DNA of 41,583 nt from Clostridia bacterium (lineage in GTDB: Bacteria; Bacillota; Clostridia; Christensenellales; QALW01), in NCBI GenBank assembly GCA_045603265.1, contig JAZULU010000150.1:1-41583 (forward strand), written 5' to 3'. Shown here one piece after another: positions 8,379-19,069 of the stretch (its first letter is position 1; each line of letters starts with the position of its first letter). Under the pieces are notes generated by a model that worked only from the letters and a program-made list of their open reading frames with translations, searched no databases and had not been told where the DNA came from. The position numbers were made by a program, and so were the translations under genes.

Positions 8379-10640
8379 TTACTTTTTCTTGGGTTTCTTG
8401 ATCTTGTTAAGTTTTGCGTTAAGATCTAAAAGTTCTTCTTTTGTGAACTTAACGTCCATCATGCCACCCATAAGTGTAAACAGACGAAGTACGGTAAATC
8501 CGCCCATCATGCTCATCATTTCAGGGCCTACTTCAAAGCCTGCAGCCTTGATCTTGCCGTCACCTTTATCGCCTTTACCGCCACCCATAAGTTTGCCTAC
8601 AAGACCCATAAAGATCATTTTGCCCTGGATAGTTCCGATTACGTCACTCATCTTATCGTTTAATGAAAGGTATCCTTCAGGTGCATCAATATCAAACCAG
8701 TTAAGGATTGCGCCCTTTTCTTTAAGACGGTAATCTTCATTGAAAGAATCAACTTTATTGATAAGGCTGTAATCTTTATATTCGCCTGCAACTGCTTCTA
8801 ATTTTGTTACACCTTGGTTGGGAACTTCAAAATAGAAGAAGTGTTCTGCACTTGATTTTTTGCCCAATGATACGCCGTTTGCAAAAAGTTCAACTTCGGG
8901 AAGGTTTGAATATACTGTAACCTTTGTAACGTCCTCAACACGGTCAATGTAGCGTTTTCCGCAGATGTGAACGAAAGGATCATCGGAAAGCCATGCTTTA
9001 TAGGCGTAGAAAGCATCTTTCTTATACTTTCTGTCAATGGTAACAAGACCCTTGTGATTCTGTCCGTTTTCGCCGCCTTCGTTACGAGCATCTGCACCAA
9101 AGTCAAACATATTCCATACATGGGTTGCCCACATATATTTGCGGGTAAAGAACTGTTTGATAAGTTCTTCATGGTAGTATGCCTGATATTCTTCGGTGTA
9201 GTCGCCCTGCAAGGGGGTAGATGTGTGCCAGTTAAGTGCTTCACAACCATATTCGGAACAACCGATAGGAATGTTGGGATGCGTTTTGTGGAATTTATCA
9301 AACCAGGGACCGTTCATATCCGTTTCACCGCCGTACCAACCGAAGTAGTGGTTGTATGATACAACGTCGGGAATCTGAAGATAAGGATCATCCATTTTGC
9401 ACATTGAAACTGCCGCAACGGTGGTAAGACGTGTTTTATCCATTTCGTGGCACATATCGTTCAAAATGCGGTGGTTTTCCAAAAGATCGTCATCACTTCC
9501 GCCGATACCGATCTCGTTTGAAAGACCCCAAACAACGATTGACGGGTGGTTATAGTTCTGGGTAATAAGTTCTTTCATCTGTGAAATGGTGTTTTCGCGA
9601 CCGGTGGGCATATGCTTTGAAATGTAGGGGATCTCTGCCCAGATAACAAGACCGTACTCATCGCAAAGATCATAAAAATACTGATCGTGCTGATAGTGGG
9701 CAAGACGGATGGTCGTTGCACCTACTTCATAGATAAGTTCAATATCTTCCTTGTGATCTTCGGGGGAAAGTGCGTTACCTTTGCCCCAGCGGTCCTGATG
9801 GCGGGATACACCGCGTAAGGGATATTCTTCACCGTTTAAGATAAAGCCGTTTTCAGGATCGATTTTAAAACTACGGCAACCGAAGCGTGATGAAATATTA
9901 TCTAAAACTTCGCCGTTTTCTTTAAGTTCAACCTTTAAGGTGTAAAGGTAAGGATTCTTTCTGCCGTGCCAAAGAATAACGTTGGGGATAGCAATGTTTA
10001 CCTTTGTATCGGAGGTAAGAAGTTCTGATACTACGTTGCCTTCCTTATCTTCGATGACGTAGTTTAACTGCTGACCTTCTTTAAAGTTTGTAACGTAAGT
10101 TTCGATTTCAACGTCAGCGGTTGAACCGTTGATTTGAGGTGTGATCTTTACACCGGGAGTTCCGTAATAGTCAAGATCAAAGTGTGATTCCTTAACGCAG
10201 ATAAGGTTTACGTTACGGTATAAACCGCCGTAGAAAGTAAAGTCTGCCATCTGGGGGTAAACTGTTTCGTTAGGTGAGTTATCAACCTTAATTGCAAGAA
10301 CGTTCATGGCATTTAACTTTTCGGTAAGATCAACGCGCCAGGTAGAATATCCGCCGTCATGGTGGCAAAGATGTTCGCCGTTAAGATAAACATCTGCCGA
10401 TGAGTTTGCACCGCGGATCTCAAGATAATAGCGGTCGCTTTCGGGGAAGTCGGTTTTATTTAATGCTTTTACATAGTAGCAGGCACCGCGATAAAAATCG
10501 TTATCGCCGTCCTGACCGTCAATGGCGTTCCAGGAATGGGGAAGATTTACAAAATCCCATTTGTTTGAAACTTCTGTAGGAACTGTTTCACAAGCCTTTG
10601 AAAAAGCCCATTTTCTGTTTAAACTAATAATTTTTCTCAT
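8379..10640 (-). CDS. Glycoside hydrolase family 2 (beta-galactosidase/glucuronidase-like)
   Basis: YGGLYR, GVSRHQD, IRLAHY, NHPSIVVWGLSNE (acid/base), SEYG (nucleophile), NHKGLVT. Confidence 0.95.
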   Translation of the reverse strand: MRKIISLNRKWAFSKACETVPTEVSNKWDFVNLPHSWNAIDGQDGDNDFYRGACYYVKALNKTDFPESDRYYLEIRGANSSADVYLNGEHLCHHDGGYSTWRVDLTEKLNAMNVLAIKVDNSPNETVYPQMADFTFYGGLYRNVNLICVKESHFDLDYYGTPGVKITPQINGSTADVEIETYVTNFKEGQQLNYVIEDKEGNVVSELLTSDTKVNIAIPNVILWHGRKNPYLYTLKVELKENGEVLDNISSRFGCRSFKIDPENGFILNGEEYPLRGVSRHQDRWGKGNALSPEDHKEDIELIYEVGATTIRLAHYQHDQYFYDLCDEYGLVIWAEIPYISKHMPTGRENTISQMKELITQNYNHPSIVVWGLSNEIGIGGSDDDLLENHRILNDMCHEMDKTRLTTVAAVSMCKMDDPYLQIPDVVSYNHYFGWYGGETDMNGPWFDKFHKTHPNIPIGCSEYGCEALNWHTSTPLQGDYTEEYQAYYHEELIKQFFTRKYMWATHVWNMFDFGADARNEGGENGQNHKGLVTIDRKYKKDAFYAYKAWLSDDPFVHICGKRYIDRVEDVTKVTVYSNLPEVELFANGVSLGKKSSAEHFFYFEVPNQGVTKLEAVAGEYKDYSLINKVDSFNEDYRLKEKGAILNWFDIDAPEGYLSLNDKMSDVIGTIQGKMIFMGLVGKLMGGGKGDKGDGKIKAAGFEVGPEMMSMMGGFTVLRLFTLMGGMMDVKFTKEELLDLNAKLNKIKKPKKK

Positions 10641-10716
10641 TGCGTTTCCTCCTGTCTTTTGAGAATATTATATAACAGTTTTTTTATTTTATATGTTGTT
10701 TTTTTGAAATTTCATT

Positions 10717-10745
10717 AAAAAGTCCGCCGAAAGGACGGACTTTTA
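10717..10745 (-). terminator. Terminator between the symporter and GH2 genes
   Basis: AAAAAGTCCG-loop-CGGACTTTTT. Confidence 0.65.
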
Positions 10746-10749
10746 ATTA

Positions 10750-12201
10750 TTACTCTGCGGTTTCTTCAGCACCTCTGCCTAATTCTTTGTTCATCTGCGC
10801 AAGAGTCTTCTTGTCAAGGTTATAGATAACTGCAAGACCGATAAACTCCAAAATAGCGCTTACAAGGAAAAGAACTGCAACAAGATAACGCATGTTAAGT
10901 GCAACTTCCTGAGTCTGTGCACCGCCGTTTGCACCAACGTAACCTAATGCTACCATGATAACAAGTACAAGTGAGGGACCTGCACCCTGAGCAAGTTTAC
11001 GGAAGAATGAGTGAAGTGAATATACAACGCCTTCTTCACGGTTGCCTGTTTTCCATTCGTTATAGTCAATAGCATCGCCCATAAGAGCCCATGAAACTGT
11101 TGAATAGATACCAAGACCGAGGTTGTAAACAAGTTGGCAAACAATGTAGATTATAAGACCGGTTGCATCGGGAGTAATGGGAAGAACTACAAGACCGATA
11201 CCTGCAACAACGGATAAAAGTGAGCCAACAACGCAAAGTTCTTTTTTGCCGAACTTCTCAACAGCCTTACGGGCAAGGGGAGTAAAGCAAAGAATAGGAA
11301 TCATTGAGAATAACTGAACGATACCTGACATTTCGGGATTTTTGAAATATGTCTGGAAAAGAACTGTAACTGCGGTTGCGGCGCCCTGCATACCGATAAA
11401 CATACCCATAGCGGCAAGTGTTGCGCCAACTGCGGGGCGGTTTTTCATAAAGTTGCCGAAAGCTCTAAATACGTTGAACTTGGGCTGATCTTCGTTGATC
11501 TTAACGCCTGTTGAAACACGGATCTCGGTATTGCGGATCATAATCTGGAATGAGATAAATCCGATAACACCCATTATAAGTGCTGCCCAGAAAACGTTAT
11601 ATCCCTGAAGGTCCTTAATAACTTCGCCTGCTTCATCTAAAACTTCAACGCCGTTTTCGTCAACTCTGTTCTTCCAGATAAGGAAGGGAAGGATAACCAT
11701 GGGAACCATGTTACCAAGCATTGAGCCAACTGAACGCCATGCTGAAAGAGATGCACGGTCCTTAACGTCGTCAGAGATAAGTGAAAGAAGTGAGCCGTAA
11801 GGAACGTTTGCAACGGTGTAGAAAGCATCCCAGATAACGTAGCCTGCAAGGAAGAGGATAACTCTTATTGCGTGAGGTGCGTTAGGTACGGGGATAAAGC
11901 ATAATGCACCTGCAACTAAAAGACCGATCGAACCTGCAAAAATGTAAGCAAGGAATTTGTTGCGCTTATATTTTCTTGTGTCGGCATCGATCAATGAGCC
12001 GATAAGGGGATCGTTGATAGCATCCCAGATCTGAACAAAGATCAATAAAAGTGCATAAAGTGAGTCACCAAGGCCCATGAACTGTGACCAGAAAATGGTC
12101 AGAGTGCCTTTAAGGGCAAAACTCATGTTACATCCGAAATCACCTAATGCATAGGCAATACTGTCCCTTATACCAAAGGGGCGTGGTTTGCGATTTTCCA
12201 T
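10750..12201 (-). CDS. MFS glycoside-pentoside-hexuronide:cation symporter
   Basis: YALGDFGCN, WDAINDPLIG, NVPYGSL, DAIDYNEWKTGNREEG. About 12 TM segments. Confidence 0.93.
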   Translation of the reverse strand: MENRKPRPFGIRDSIAYALGDFGCNMSFALKGTLTIFWSQFMGLGDSLYALLLIFVQIWDAINDPLIGSLIDADTRKYKRNKFLAYIFAGSIGLLVAGALCFIPVPNAPHAIRVILFLAGYVIWDAFYTVANVPYGSLLSLISDDVKDRASLSAWRSVGSMLGNMVPMVILPFLIWKNRVDENGVEVLDEAGEVIKDLQGYNVFWAALIMGVIGFISFQIMIRNTEIRVSTGVKINEDQPKFNVFRAFGNFMKNRPAVGATLAAMGMFIGMQGAATAVTVLFQTYFKNPEMSGIVQLFSMIPILCFTPLARKAVEKFGKKELCVVGSLLSVVAGIGLVVLPITPDATGLIIYIVCQLVYNLGLGIYSTVSWALMGDAIDYNEWKTGNREEGVVYSLHSFFRKLAQGAGPSLVLVIMVALGYVGANGGAQTQEVALNMRYLVAVLFLVSAILEFIGLAVIYNLDKKTLAQMNKELGRGAEETAE

Positions 12202-12406
12202 AAAAAACCCTCATTTCATAATATTTTACCACTGTTATCATTATAAAACATTATATAAACTGACTGTTAGCATGATTTTAATGTTTTGTAGCATTATTTT
12301 TAACTATTTATTAAACAGTATGCTTGAAAAATCACAAAAAATAGGTTATAATATCATAAACTGATGATTATTTTTTTAAAATTATGTAAACGTGGAGATA
12401 ATTTTT

Positions 12407-13603
12407 ATGGTATACCAAAGAGAACTGGATTTTTTAAGAAAAATTCTTGATAAATATCACGTTGAAAACAAGGTGATAGAAACGGGCGAACTTATTTATG
12501 ATAAGATCGGCACGGTATATTCGCAAATAATGGATAAAAAGATAAGGGGCAAAACTTTTAACGATTTCTTTCCTGACGTTAAAAGCAATGTGGTATACCG
12601 TGGCAGAGATGATTTTCAACTTCAGTATATCATCATGAAACTTGAAGAAAACAATGTTTACGTTATCGGACCGTATTTAGATGAAGATATAACCGAACAA
12701 CAAATTATGGAAACGGCTGAAAAAATAGGACTTTCGGCGGAACTTGAAAAAGAATTAGGCTTCTTTTATTCTTCCGTTCCCGTTGTGACAGATGAAAATT
12801 TTCTTCTTGCAGCGGTATATTCTCTTGCGGAACATATTTTTGGAAAGTTTGAGTGCGTTGAACTTAACAGAAACAACTCAACGGCAATGATATCCGATGA
12901 TCTTAAGCCTGAACACAATGATGAAAATATTATAAGTATTATGGAAAAACGTTACAGTTATGAAAATGAACTTATACTGCTTGTCAGTCAGGGGAATTTT
13001 CATAAGGCAAAACTTATGCTTGCAAATTTTTCATCTCCTGCCTTTGAAAAGCGTATTTCCGATCCTTTAAGAAACATGAAAAACTACTGTATCGTTATGA
13101 ACACTCTTTTCAGAAAAGCCGCGGAAAACGGCGGTGTTCATCCTATTTATCTTGACAGTGTTTCCTCTGGGTTTGCCAAGCGTATTGAAAATATACATGC
13201 GCTTAATATGATACCCGAATTTATGCTTGAAATTCTTGAAACTTACTGTAATCTTGTAAAACAACATTCGGTAAAAAACTATTCGCCCATAATTCAAAGA
13301 GCCATAATTAAAATTGAGGCAGACCTTACAAGCGATCTGAGTTTAAAGGAAATGGCAAAACTTGCAAACGTAAGTTCGGGATATTTTTCGGCACTTTTTA
13401 AGAAAGAAACGGGAATGTCTTTAACGCAATTTGTAAATAACCGTCGAATAAAATATGCCCAGAATCTTTTAAGAACTACAAATCTTCAAGTGCAGACGGT
13501 GGCACAACACTGCGGAATCCTTGATTTTCACTATTTCTGCAGAATGTTTAAAACGGTAACGGGCAAAACTCCAACTGAATATAAGGAAACGACCTTGTAC
13601 TAA
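12407..13603 (+). CDS. AraC-family transcriptional regulator
   Basis: C-terminal double HTH (YFSALFKKETG...YFCRMFK...TPTEYK). Divergent from the symporter/GH2 genes. ATG at 12407 follows GGAG. Confidence 0.93.
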   Translation: MVYQRELDFLRKILDKYHVENKVIETGELIYDKIGTVYSQIMDKKIRGKTFNDFFPDVKSNVVYRGRDDFQLQYIIMKLEENNVYVIGPYLDEDITEQQIMETAEKIGLSAELEKELGFFYSSVPVVTDENFLLAAVYSLAEHIFGKFECVELNRNNSTAMISDDLKPEHNDENIISIMEKRYSYENELILLVSQGNFHKAKLMLANFSSPAFEKRISDPLRNMKNYCIVMNTLFRKAAENGGVHPIYLDSVSSGFAKRIENIHALNMIPEFMLEILETYCNLVKQHSVKNYSPIIQRAIIKIEADLTSDLSLKEMAKLANVSSGYFSALFKKETGMSLTQFVNNRRIKYAQNLLRTTNLQVQTVAQHCGILDFHYFCRMFKTVTGKTPTEYKETTLY

Positions 13604-13633
13604 AAAAACTCTCTTTTTCATATTCTTTCTAAG

Positions 13634-14923
13634 GTGATGAATGTGAAAAAGAGATTGTTTTTTAATATGGGCATGCTTTCTTTAAGCAATATTATGGTAC
13701 GCTTTATCGGAATGGTCTATAAAGTGTGGCTGGCAAAGGAAATTTCTCCCGTTGCGTTGGGCATCTATCAACTTGCAATGAGCGTCTATTCTGTTTTTAT
13801 TACGCCAGTTGCATCAGGACTTCCCAACGCAACAAGCCGACTTTCCGCCAAATATCTAAAATCGGGAAAAGAAAAAAACGTACTTGCTTCTGCAATGAAG
13901 ATAGCCTTTTATCCTTTGATAATTTCTGCCCTTTTGCTTTTTGCGGGAAAAGATATTATTGCAGGAATTTTTCTTCACGATAAAAACGCAGGAAACGTTA
14001 TTCTTGCACTTATCCCCGCGGTAACTTTAGGTGCATTGGCAGCACTGCCTTGCGGATTTCTGCACGCCAAAGAAAAATCCTATTTTTCTGCCGTTTTTGA
14101 GATAATAGAACAACTTGGCAAAATAGTTTTTGCGTTTTTCCTTATAAAAATTTTTAAAAACTCAAGTGATCAGATACAGGCTATGCTTCCCGTATTGGCG
14201 GTAAGCTTTGGGGGAGTTTTGTCCTTTGTTATGCACATGCTTGCCGTTAAAGGCGTTGATTTAAAATTAAAAGGTTTTTCAAAAGAGATCCTTGAAAATG
14301 CACTTCCGCCAACCTTTGCAAGGCTCGGAACGTCAATTTTACACTTGGGTACAACAACTATATTGCCTATTGGACTTATGGCATACGGTTTAACTAAAGA
14401 GGCGGCGCTATCTCAATATGGTATATTAACTTCTATGGCATATCCCGTGGTCTTTGCACCAATGACCGTAATAGGTGCTCTGTGCGTTGTAACCTTGCCC
14501 GAAGTTGCCAAAAATCTTGATAATCCCAAAATCATCCGTCGCAAATTTTTGCAGACTTTCGTTATTTCCTTAATCGTTACGGGAACGTTTTCGGTGCTTC
14601 TTTTCTTGTTTGCACCGTGGTTTTCCATAAATTTCTTTAAAAATCCCATGGCAGGCAGATTTATGGTAATGCTCATACCGTCAGTTATATTTTTAGGTCT
14701 TTCTCAGGTTTCAAGAACCATGCTAAACGGACTTGGCAAACAAAAAACGCTTATGGTAACAAGCGTTATTGACGGCTCTTTCGGACTTCTTCTTACATAT
14801 ATTCTCGTGTGGCGCTTCGGCATCTACGGCTTCGTTTTAGGCAACTGCATCCAGGATCTTTTGGCATTTTTAATAAATTTCTCTTTGTGCTTATACTATA
14901 TAAAAAAGTCCGATAGGTTTTGA
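13634..14923 (+). CDS. MOP-family flippase, SpoVB-like
   Basis: RFIGMVYKVWL...LGIYQL...SGLP and many TM helices. Upstream CATATTCT (13619-13626) resembles a SigE -10 box. Confidence 0.8.
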   Translation: MMNVKKRLFFNMGMLSLSNIMVRFIGMVYKVWLAKEISPVALGIYQLAMSVYSVFITPVASGLPNATSRLSAKYLKSGKEKNVLASAMKIAFYPLIISALLLFAGKDIIAGIFLHDKNAGNVILALIPAVTLGALAALPCGFLHAKEKSYFSAVFEIIEQLGKIVFAFFLIKIFKNSSDQIQAMLPVLAVSFGGVLSFVMHMLAVKGVDLKLKGFSKEILENALPPTFARLGTSILHLGTTTILPIGLMAYGLTKEAALSQYGILTSMAYPVVFAPMTVIGALCVVTLPEVAKNLDNPKIIRRKFLQTFVISLIVTGTFSVLLFLFAPWFSINFFKNPMAGRFMVMLIPSVIFLGLSQVSRTMLNGLGKQKTLMVTSVIDGSFGLLLTYILVWRFGIYGFVLGNCIQDLLAFLINFSLCLYYIKKSDRF

Positions 14924-15047
14924 CACTTGCGTATGCAAAAAATCTGTTTTGTTATGGAATAATACCTCTTTTTTTATAAGTGAATATTGCAAAAGTTCCT
15001 TTTTTATGCTATTTTAACACTAATGAAAATTTTTTAGGAGCAGACAA

Positions 15048-17240
15048 ATGACTAAAAATACAAACATAAACTGGATAACAACAATAAACGATAGAAAAGA
15101 TGAATGGATAGAATATTCCAAAAACTTTTTTGTTGAAAAGGACGTTAAAAATGCGGTGATTCGGTTTGAATCAGATTCCGTTTGTGCCGTTTTTATAAAT
15201 GATCAGTTCATAATAAGCTCAACGGGAAGGACTCCTGAAAGAGTTAACTGCCATCAGGTTTATTCATTTATCAAAAAAGGTGAAAACAATATTAAAATTC
15301 TTCTTGGCGGCCATTATTTTCAGGGATTCGGTCTTAACACAAGAAAGATGCGTGGATATTGGATGAATCAGGCAGCGTTGGAATTAGAAGTTTCTTTTTC
15401 CGATGGAACAAATTTAAGAGTTGTTACAGATAAAACCTGGGGCGAATCCGTTTCTGAAACTATGCAGATAACGGAAAAGGAATATAATTTAACGTGGAAA
15501 AATGCGCTTTGCTGGCCTGAAAAAAAGGATGTAAAAATCCCCGATGAAGTATTAAAGGTTGCGGGGAAAGAATATGAAAATTATATACAGAATAAGTGCG
15601 ACGGTCTTATAGATTATGAAAAAATAGTTGAAACGGATATGTCCGTTAGCGGCGAAGTAATTTCTTCAACCGCCAATGAAAATTATATTATCCTTGATTT
15701 TGGAAAAACTGTGGTAGGGTACGTTGAAATTAATTTTAACAGTAGATTAAACGTTGAGGTTGATAGCCTTTTTGATCTTACTGAGCAGTTAACGGATTTT
15801 GATCTTTCGGGCGATTGGGCATATACTGTTGAAAGGCTCAGAACAAAGGATACAGTTTCAGGCGGATTTTATAGAAACTATCGCCGCAGAGCATTCAGAT
15901 ATCTTAAACTCACTTTTAACGGGCAATTAAAAATAAATTCAATAAAAGTTCGGCCTTGTATGTTTCCACAAAATAGAAAAGGTTGGTTTAATTGCTCGGA
16001 TAGCTTGCTTAATCAGATATGGGAAACGGGTAAGTATACTTTCCATCTTATTAAGCAGCAGGAATATGAAAGTTGTCCAAGATGTGAAATGCTTTTCTTT
16101 GCAGGGGATGGTGTAATAGACGCTTCTATTGATAATTACGTTTTCGGAGATTGCAGAATGCTTAACACCTCTTTAAGTTTAAGACACGAAGAAAAAGCAG
16201 CAGGCATTTCAACGGTGGATAGCTTCAATCGCACGGTATGGCAGTGGGATTATCTTGCCTGGCGCATAATTTCAGTTTATGAATATTTTTGTAAATATGG
16301 CGAAAAAAGCTTTCTGGAAGAGCATTATGATGAGATCGTAACCAATATTTTATGGCTTACAGAACGAATGAATAATAATAACTTGTTGTTTCAGACACCT
16401 GCTTTTCATTCAACCTTCAGTTCAACTTTGATTCAGGTTGACTGGGCGTGCTCCATTCATCGATTAGGCGAAAACGTTTTTTTGAACTGTCTTTTATATA
16501 AGAGTTTTCTCTGTATGAGCGAACTTGCAAAAGAAATGAATGATAAGCGCGCAAAAGAATGGGGCGAACTTGCAGAAAAAGTAAAAGATGCAGTGAACAC
16601 ACGACTTTTTAGTGAAGAAAAGGAAGCCTATATTGACGGATTGGATGATGCGGTTTGCCAAGATTCTAACGTTCTGGCTGTACTTTTCGGTGTTGCTGAT
16701 AAAAAAAGAGGCGAGAAAGTTTTAAGAACGTTAAAAGAGAAACTGTGGTCGGAATATGGTTCACAAATGGCGGACAAACTTTTTACAAACGGAACTCTTC
16801 GTGGCGGAAACACCACGATTTCACCAGCAATGTGTGCCTTTGAGGCGGAAGCACGGTTTAAGGCGGAAAAGCCTCTTGAAGGCTTAACTCTTATTCGTAA
16901 CACCTGGGGTGCAATGTTGAAAAAAGGAGCAACCACATTTTGGGAATTTAATTCCAATAATGCTACTGATAAGTGGGAACATTCAGTTTGCCACGGATGG
17001 TCGGCAGGGTGCACATATCTTTTAAGCGCATATATTCTGGGTATCCGTTTTGAAAATGGAAAAATTCTTTTCGCTCCAAGACCTTGTGATTTAGAAGAAG
17101 TGACGGGTGTTGTGCCCACTGATAAAGGCTTTATTGCCGCAAAAATTAAGAATAAGACTTTTTCGTTGGCACTACCTAAAGATTTTAAAGTAGTTTGTGA
17201 TATTCCTGAAAATTATAAAGCGGAGATCATTAAGTATTAA
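15048..17240 (+). CDS. GH78 alpha-L-rhamnosidase-like protein
   Basis: ILDFG, RRRAFRYL, SCPRCE, GATTFWE, SVCHGWS. Confidence 0.88.
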   Translation: MTKNTNINWITTINDRKDEWIEYSKNFFVEKDVKNAVIRFESDSVCAVFINDQFIISSTGRTPERVNCHQVYSFIKKGENNIKILLGGHYFQGFGLNTRKMRGYWMNQAALELEVSFSDGTNLRVVTDKTWGESVSETMQITEKEYNLTWKNALCWPEKKDVKIPDEVLKVAGKEYENYIQNKCDGLIDYEKIVETDMSVSGEVISSTANENYIILDFGKTVVGYVEINFNSRLNVEVDSLFDLTEQLTDFDLSGDWAYTVERLRTKDTVSGGFYRNYRRRAFRYLKLTFNGQLKINSIKVRPCMFPQNRKGWFNCSDSLLNQIWETGKYTFHLIKQQEYESCPRCEMLFFAGDGVIDASIDNYVFGDCRMLNTSLSLRHEEKAAGISTVDSFNRTVWQWDYLAWRIISVYEYFCKYGEKSFLEEHYDEIVTNILWLTERMNNNNLLFQTPAFHSTFSSTLIQVDWACSIHRLGENVFLNCLLYKSFLCMSELAKEMNDKRAKEWGELAEKVKDAVNTRLFSEEKEAYIDGLDDAVCQDSNVLAVLFGVADKKRGEKVLRTLKEKLWSEYGSQMADKLFTNGTLRGGNTTISPAMCAFEAEARFKAEKPLEGLTLIRNTWGAMLKKGATTFWEFNSNNATDKWEHSVCHGWSAGCTYLLSAYILGIRFENGKILFAPRPCDLEEVTGVVPTDKGFIAAKIKNKTFSLALPKDFKVVCDIPENYKAEIIKY

Positions 17241-17332
17241 GAGGGTTATATACATTAATAAAATTAAAAAAACCGTTAAATCATTCTTAAAAACAGCAGA
17301 TTGATTTAACGGTTTTTATATCGGTATTTATA

Positions 17333-17497
17333 TTAGTTTCTTTTTGCTTTTAGGTACATGCTATCCTTTTCAGTATTATCAACGCCTAACTTATTATATT
17401 GCTCACAAAGACGGTGACTATCTTTTTGTATCGTGCCTAATTCTTCGGTAAGGCAATCATAAATCATACCGTTGTGCATTTTTTCGTACTCGGTCAT
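17333..17497 (-). pseudogene. Truncated sugar O-acetyltransferase (Maa/LacA-like N-terminus only, 54 aa)
   Basis: Manual translation MTEYEKMHNGMIYDCLTEELGTIQKDSHRLCEQYN resembles the N-terminal domain of maltose/galactoside acetyltransferases. No hexapeptide-repeat domain follows. Confidence 0.7.
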
Positions 17498-17610
17498 ATT
17501 AAACTCTCTTTCTAAAGTTAAAAACTTTTTTATGTTGTAAAAACTACTGTTTTATGCTAAAATAAAAAAAGAGAGAAGTAACTTCTCTCCGCGCATTTAA
17601 GCTATGCTAA

Positions 17611-17781
17611 TTATTCCTGCTCAGGTGCAGAAACGGGGCATGCATCAGCACAAGCACCACATTCGATGCAAGTATCAGCATCGATAACGTACTTACCGTC
17701 ACCTTCAGCAATAGCGTTTACGGGGCAAGCACCTGCGCAAGCACCGCATGAAATGCAATCATCATTAATCTTATAGGCCAT
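17611..17781 (-). CDS. fdx: Clostridial-type 2[4Fe-4S] ferredoxin (56 aa)
   Basis: Manual translation MAYKINDDCISCGACAGACPVNAIAEGDGKYVIDADTCIECGACADACPVSAPEQE has two CxxCxxCxxxCP motifs. RBS GGAGGTG. Below the ORF-track length cutoff. Confidence 0.97.
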   Translation of the reverse strand: MAYKINDDCISCGACAGACPVNAIAEGDGKYVIDADTCIECGACADACPVSAPEQE

Positions 17782-17883
17782 TATTTTCACCTCCGCCCTA
17801 TATTCATCGATAATATTATAACATCATTTTTCTATTTTGCAAGTAATTTTGACAAAATAAATAACATAAACAGAGGAAATTTT

Positions 17884-18342
17884 ATGAAAAAACAGATAAA
17901 AAGTTTTCAAGTCGACCATGATTTTATAATTCCGGGTATGTATGTATCCCGTATTGACGGTGACGTTATCACCTACGATCTAAGAACGCGCAAGCCAAAC
18001 TGCGGTGATTATATGGATAGTGTTACCATGCACACCTTGGAGCATATGTTTGCAACTTACGTCCGTTTTTCAAATAAAGGCGAAAATATAATCTATTTCG
18101 GGCCTATGGGTTGCAGAACGGGATTTTATCTTTTGGTAAGAAATATGACCAATGAAGAAGTTTTGGAGCTTACCAGGGAAACGTTAAAACAGATTATTGA
18201 CCATCAGGGCGAAGTTTTCGGCGCATCAAGAAAAGAGTGCGGAAATTATAGGGAACTTGATCTTGAAAGCGCAAAAAAAGAGTGCAGAGCATATCTTAAA
18301 AATTTAGAAAATTGGAATGATTTTAACTACAAAGGAGAATAA
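17884..18342 (+). CDS. luxS: S-ribosylhomocysteine lyase
   Basis: SFQVDH, HTLEH, GPMGCRTGFY, CGNY. Confidence 0.96.
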   Translation: MKKQIKSFQVDHDFIIPGMYVSRIDGDVITYDLRTRKPNCGDYMDSVTMHTLEHMFATYVRFSNKGENIIYFGPMGCRTGFYLLVRNMTNEEVLELTRETLKQIIDHQGEVFGASRKECGNYRELDLESAKKECRAYLKNLENWNDFNYKGE

Positions 18343-18344
18343 AA

Positions 18345-19031
18345 ATGATCGGCATAATCGGCGCAATGGACGTTGAGGTTGAAAATCTCAAAGCCAAGAT
18401 AGAAAACAAGAAAACCGAAGTTTTCAGCGGAATAGAATTTGTTTCGGGCAAAATATTTGATAAGGATGTTGTTGTTGCAAAGTGCGGTATCGGCAAGGTT
18501 TTTGCATCTATCTGCGCAGAAGCGATGATTTTAAAATATAACCCTGAATTTATTATAAATACGGGTGTTGCAGGCACACTTACCGCAGAACTTTCAATAG
18601 GTGACGTTGCTATTTCTGAGAGTGTTTGCCAACATGATATGGATACTTCGCCCATCGGTGATCCTAAGGGACTTTTGTCGGGAATAAATATAATAAATAT
18701 TCCTGCCGATGAATATTTATCAGATCTTGCGGAAAAAGTTATTAAAGAACAGAATATTAACTGTAAAAAAGGCGTTATTGCGTCCGGCGATCAGTTTATT
18801 GCAAATAAATCTCAAAAAGATTTTATAGTTTCTGAATTTTCTGCCATCGCCTGCGAAATGGAGGGTGCATCTATCGGTCACGTTTCTTATGTAAATAACG
18901 TAAAATTCCTTGTGTTAAGGGCGATTTCCGACAGTGCCGATAATTCATCACATATGGATTATCCTACGTTTTTAAAAATGGCATCTGAAAATTCAACAAA
19001 GGTTACTTTGGGATTGATTGAGAGAATATAA
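18345..19031 (+). CDS. mtnN: 5'-methylthioadenosine/S-adenosylhomocysteine nucleosidase
   Basis: IGIIGAM, CGIGKV, NTGVAG, SGDQF, EMEGA, RAISD. Follows luxS by 2 nt. Confidence 0.96.
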   Translation: MIGIIGAMDVEVENLKAKIENKKTEVFSGIEFVSGKIFDKDVVVAKCGIGKVFASICAEAMILKYNPEFIINTGVAGTLTAELSIGDVAISESVCQHDMDTSPIGDPKGLLSGINIINIPADEYLSDLAEKVIKEQNINCKKGVIASGDQFIANKSQKDFIVSEFSAIACEMEGASIGHVSYVNNVKFLVLRAISDSADNSSHMDYPTFLKMASENSTKVTLGLIERI

Positions 19032-19069
19032 TTTCTTTTTCTGCACAAACTGTTCTTGAGGTGATTTTT

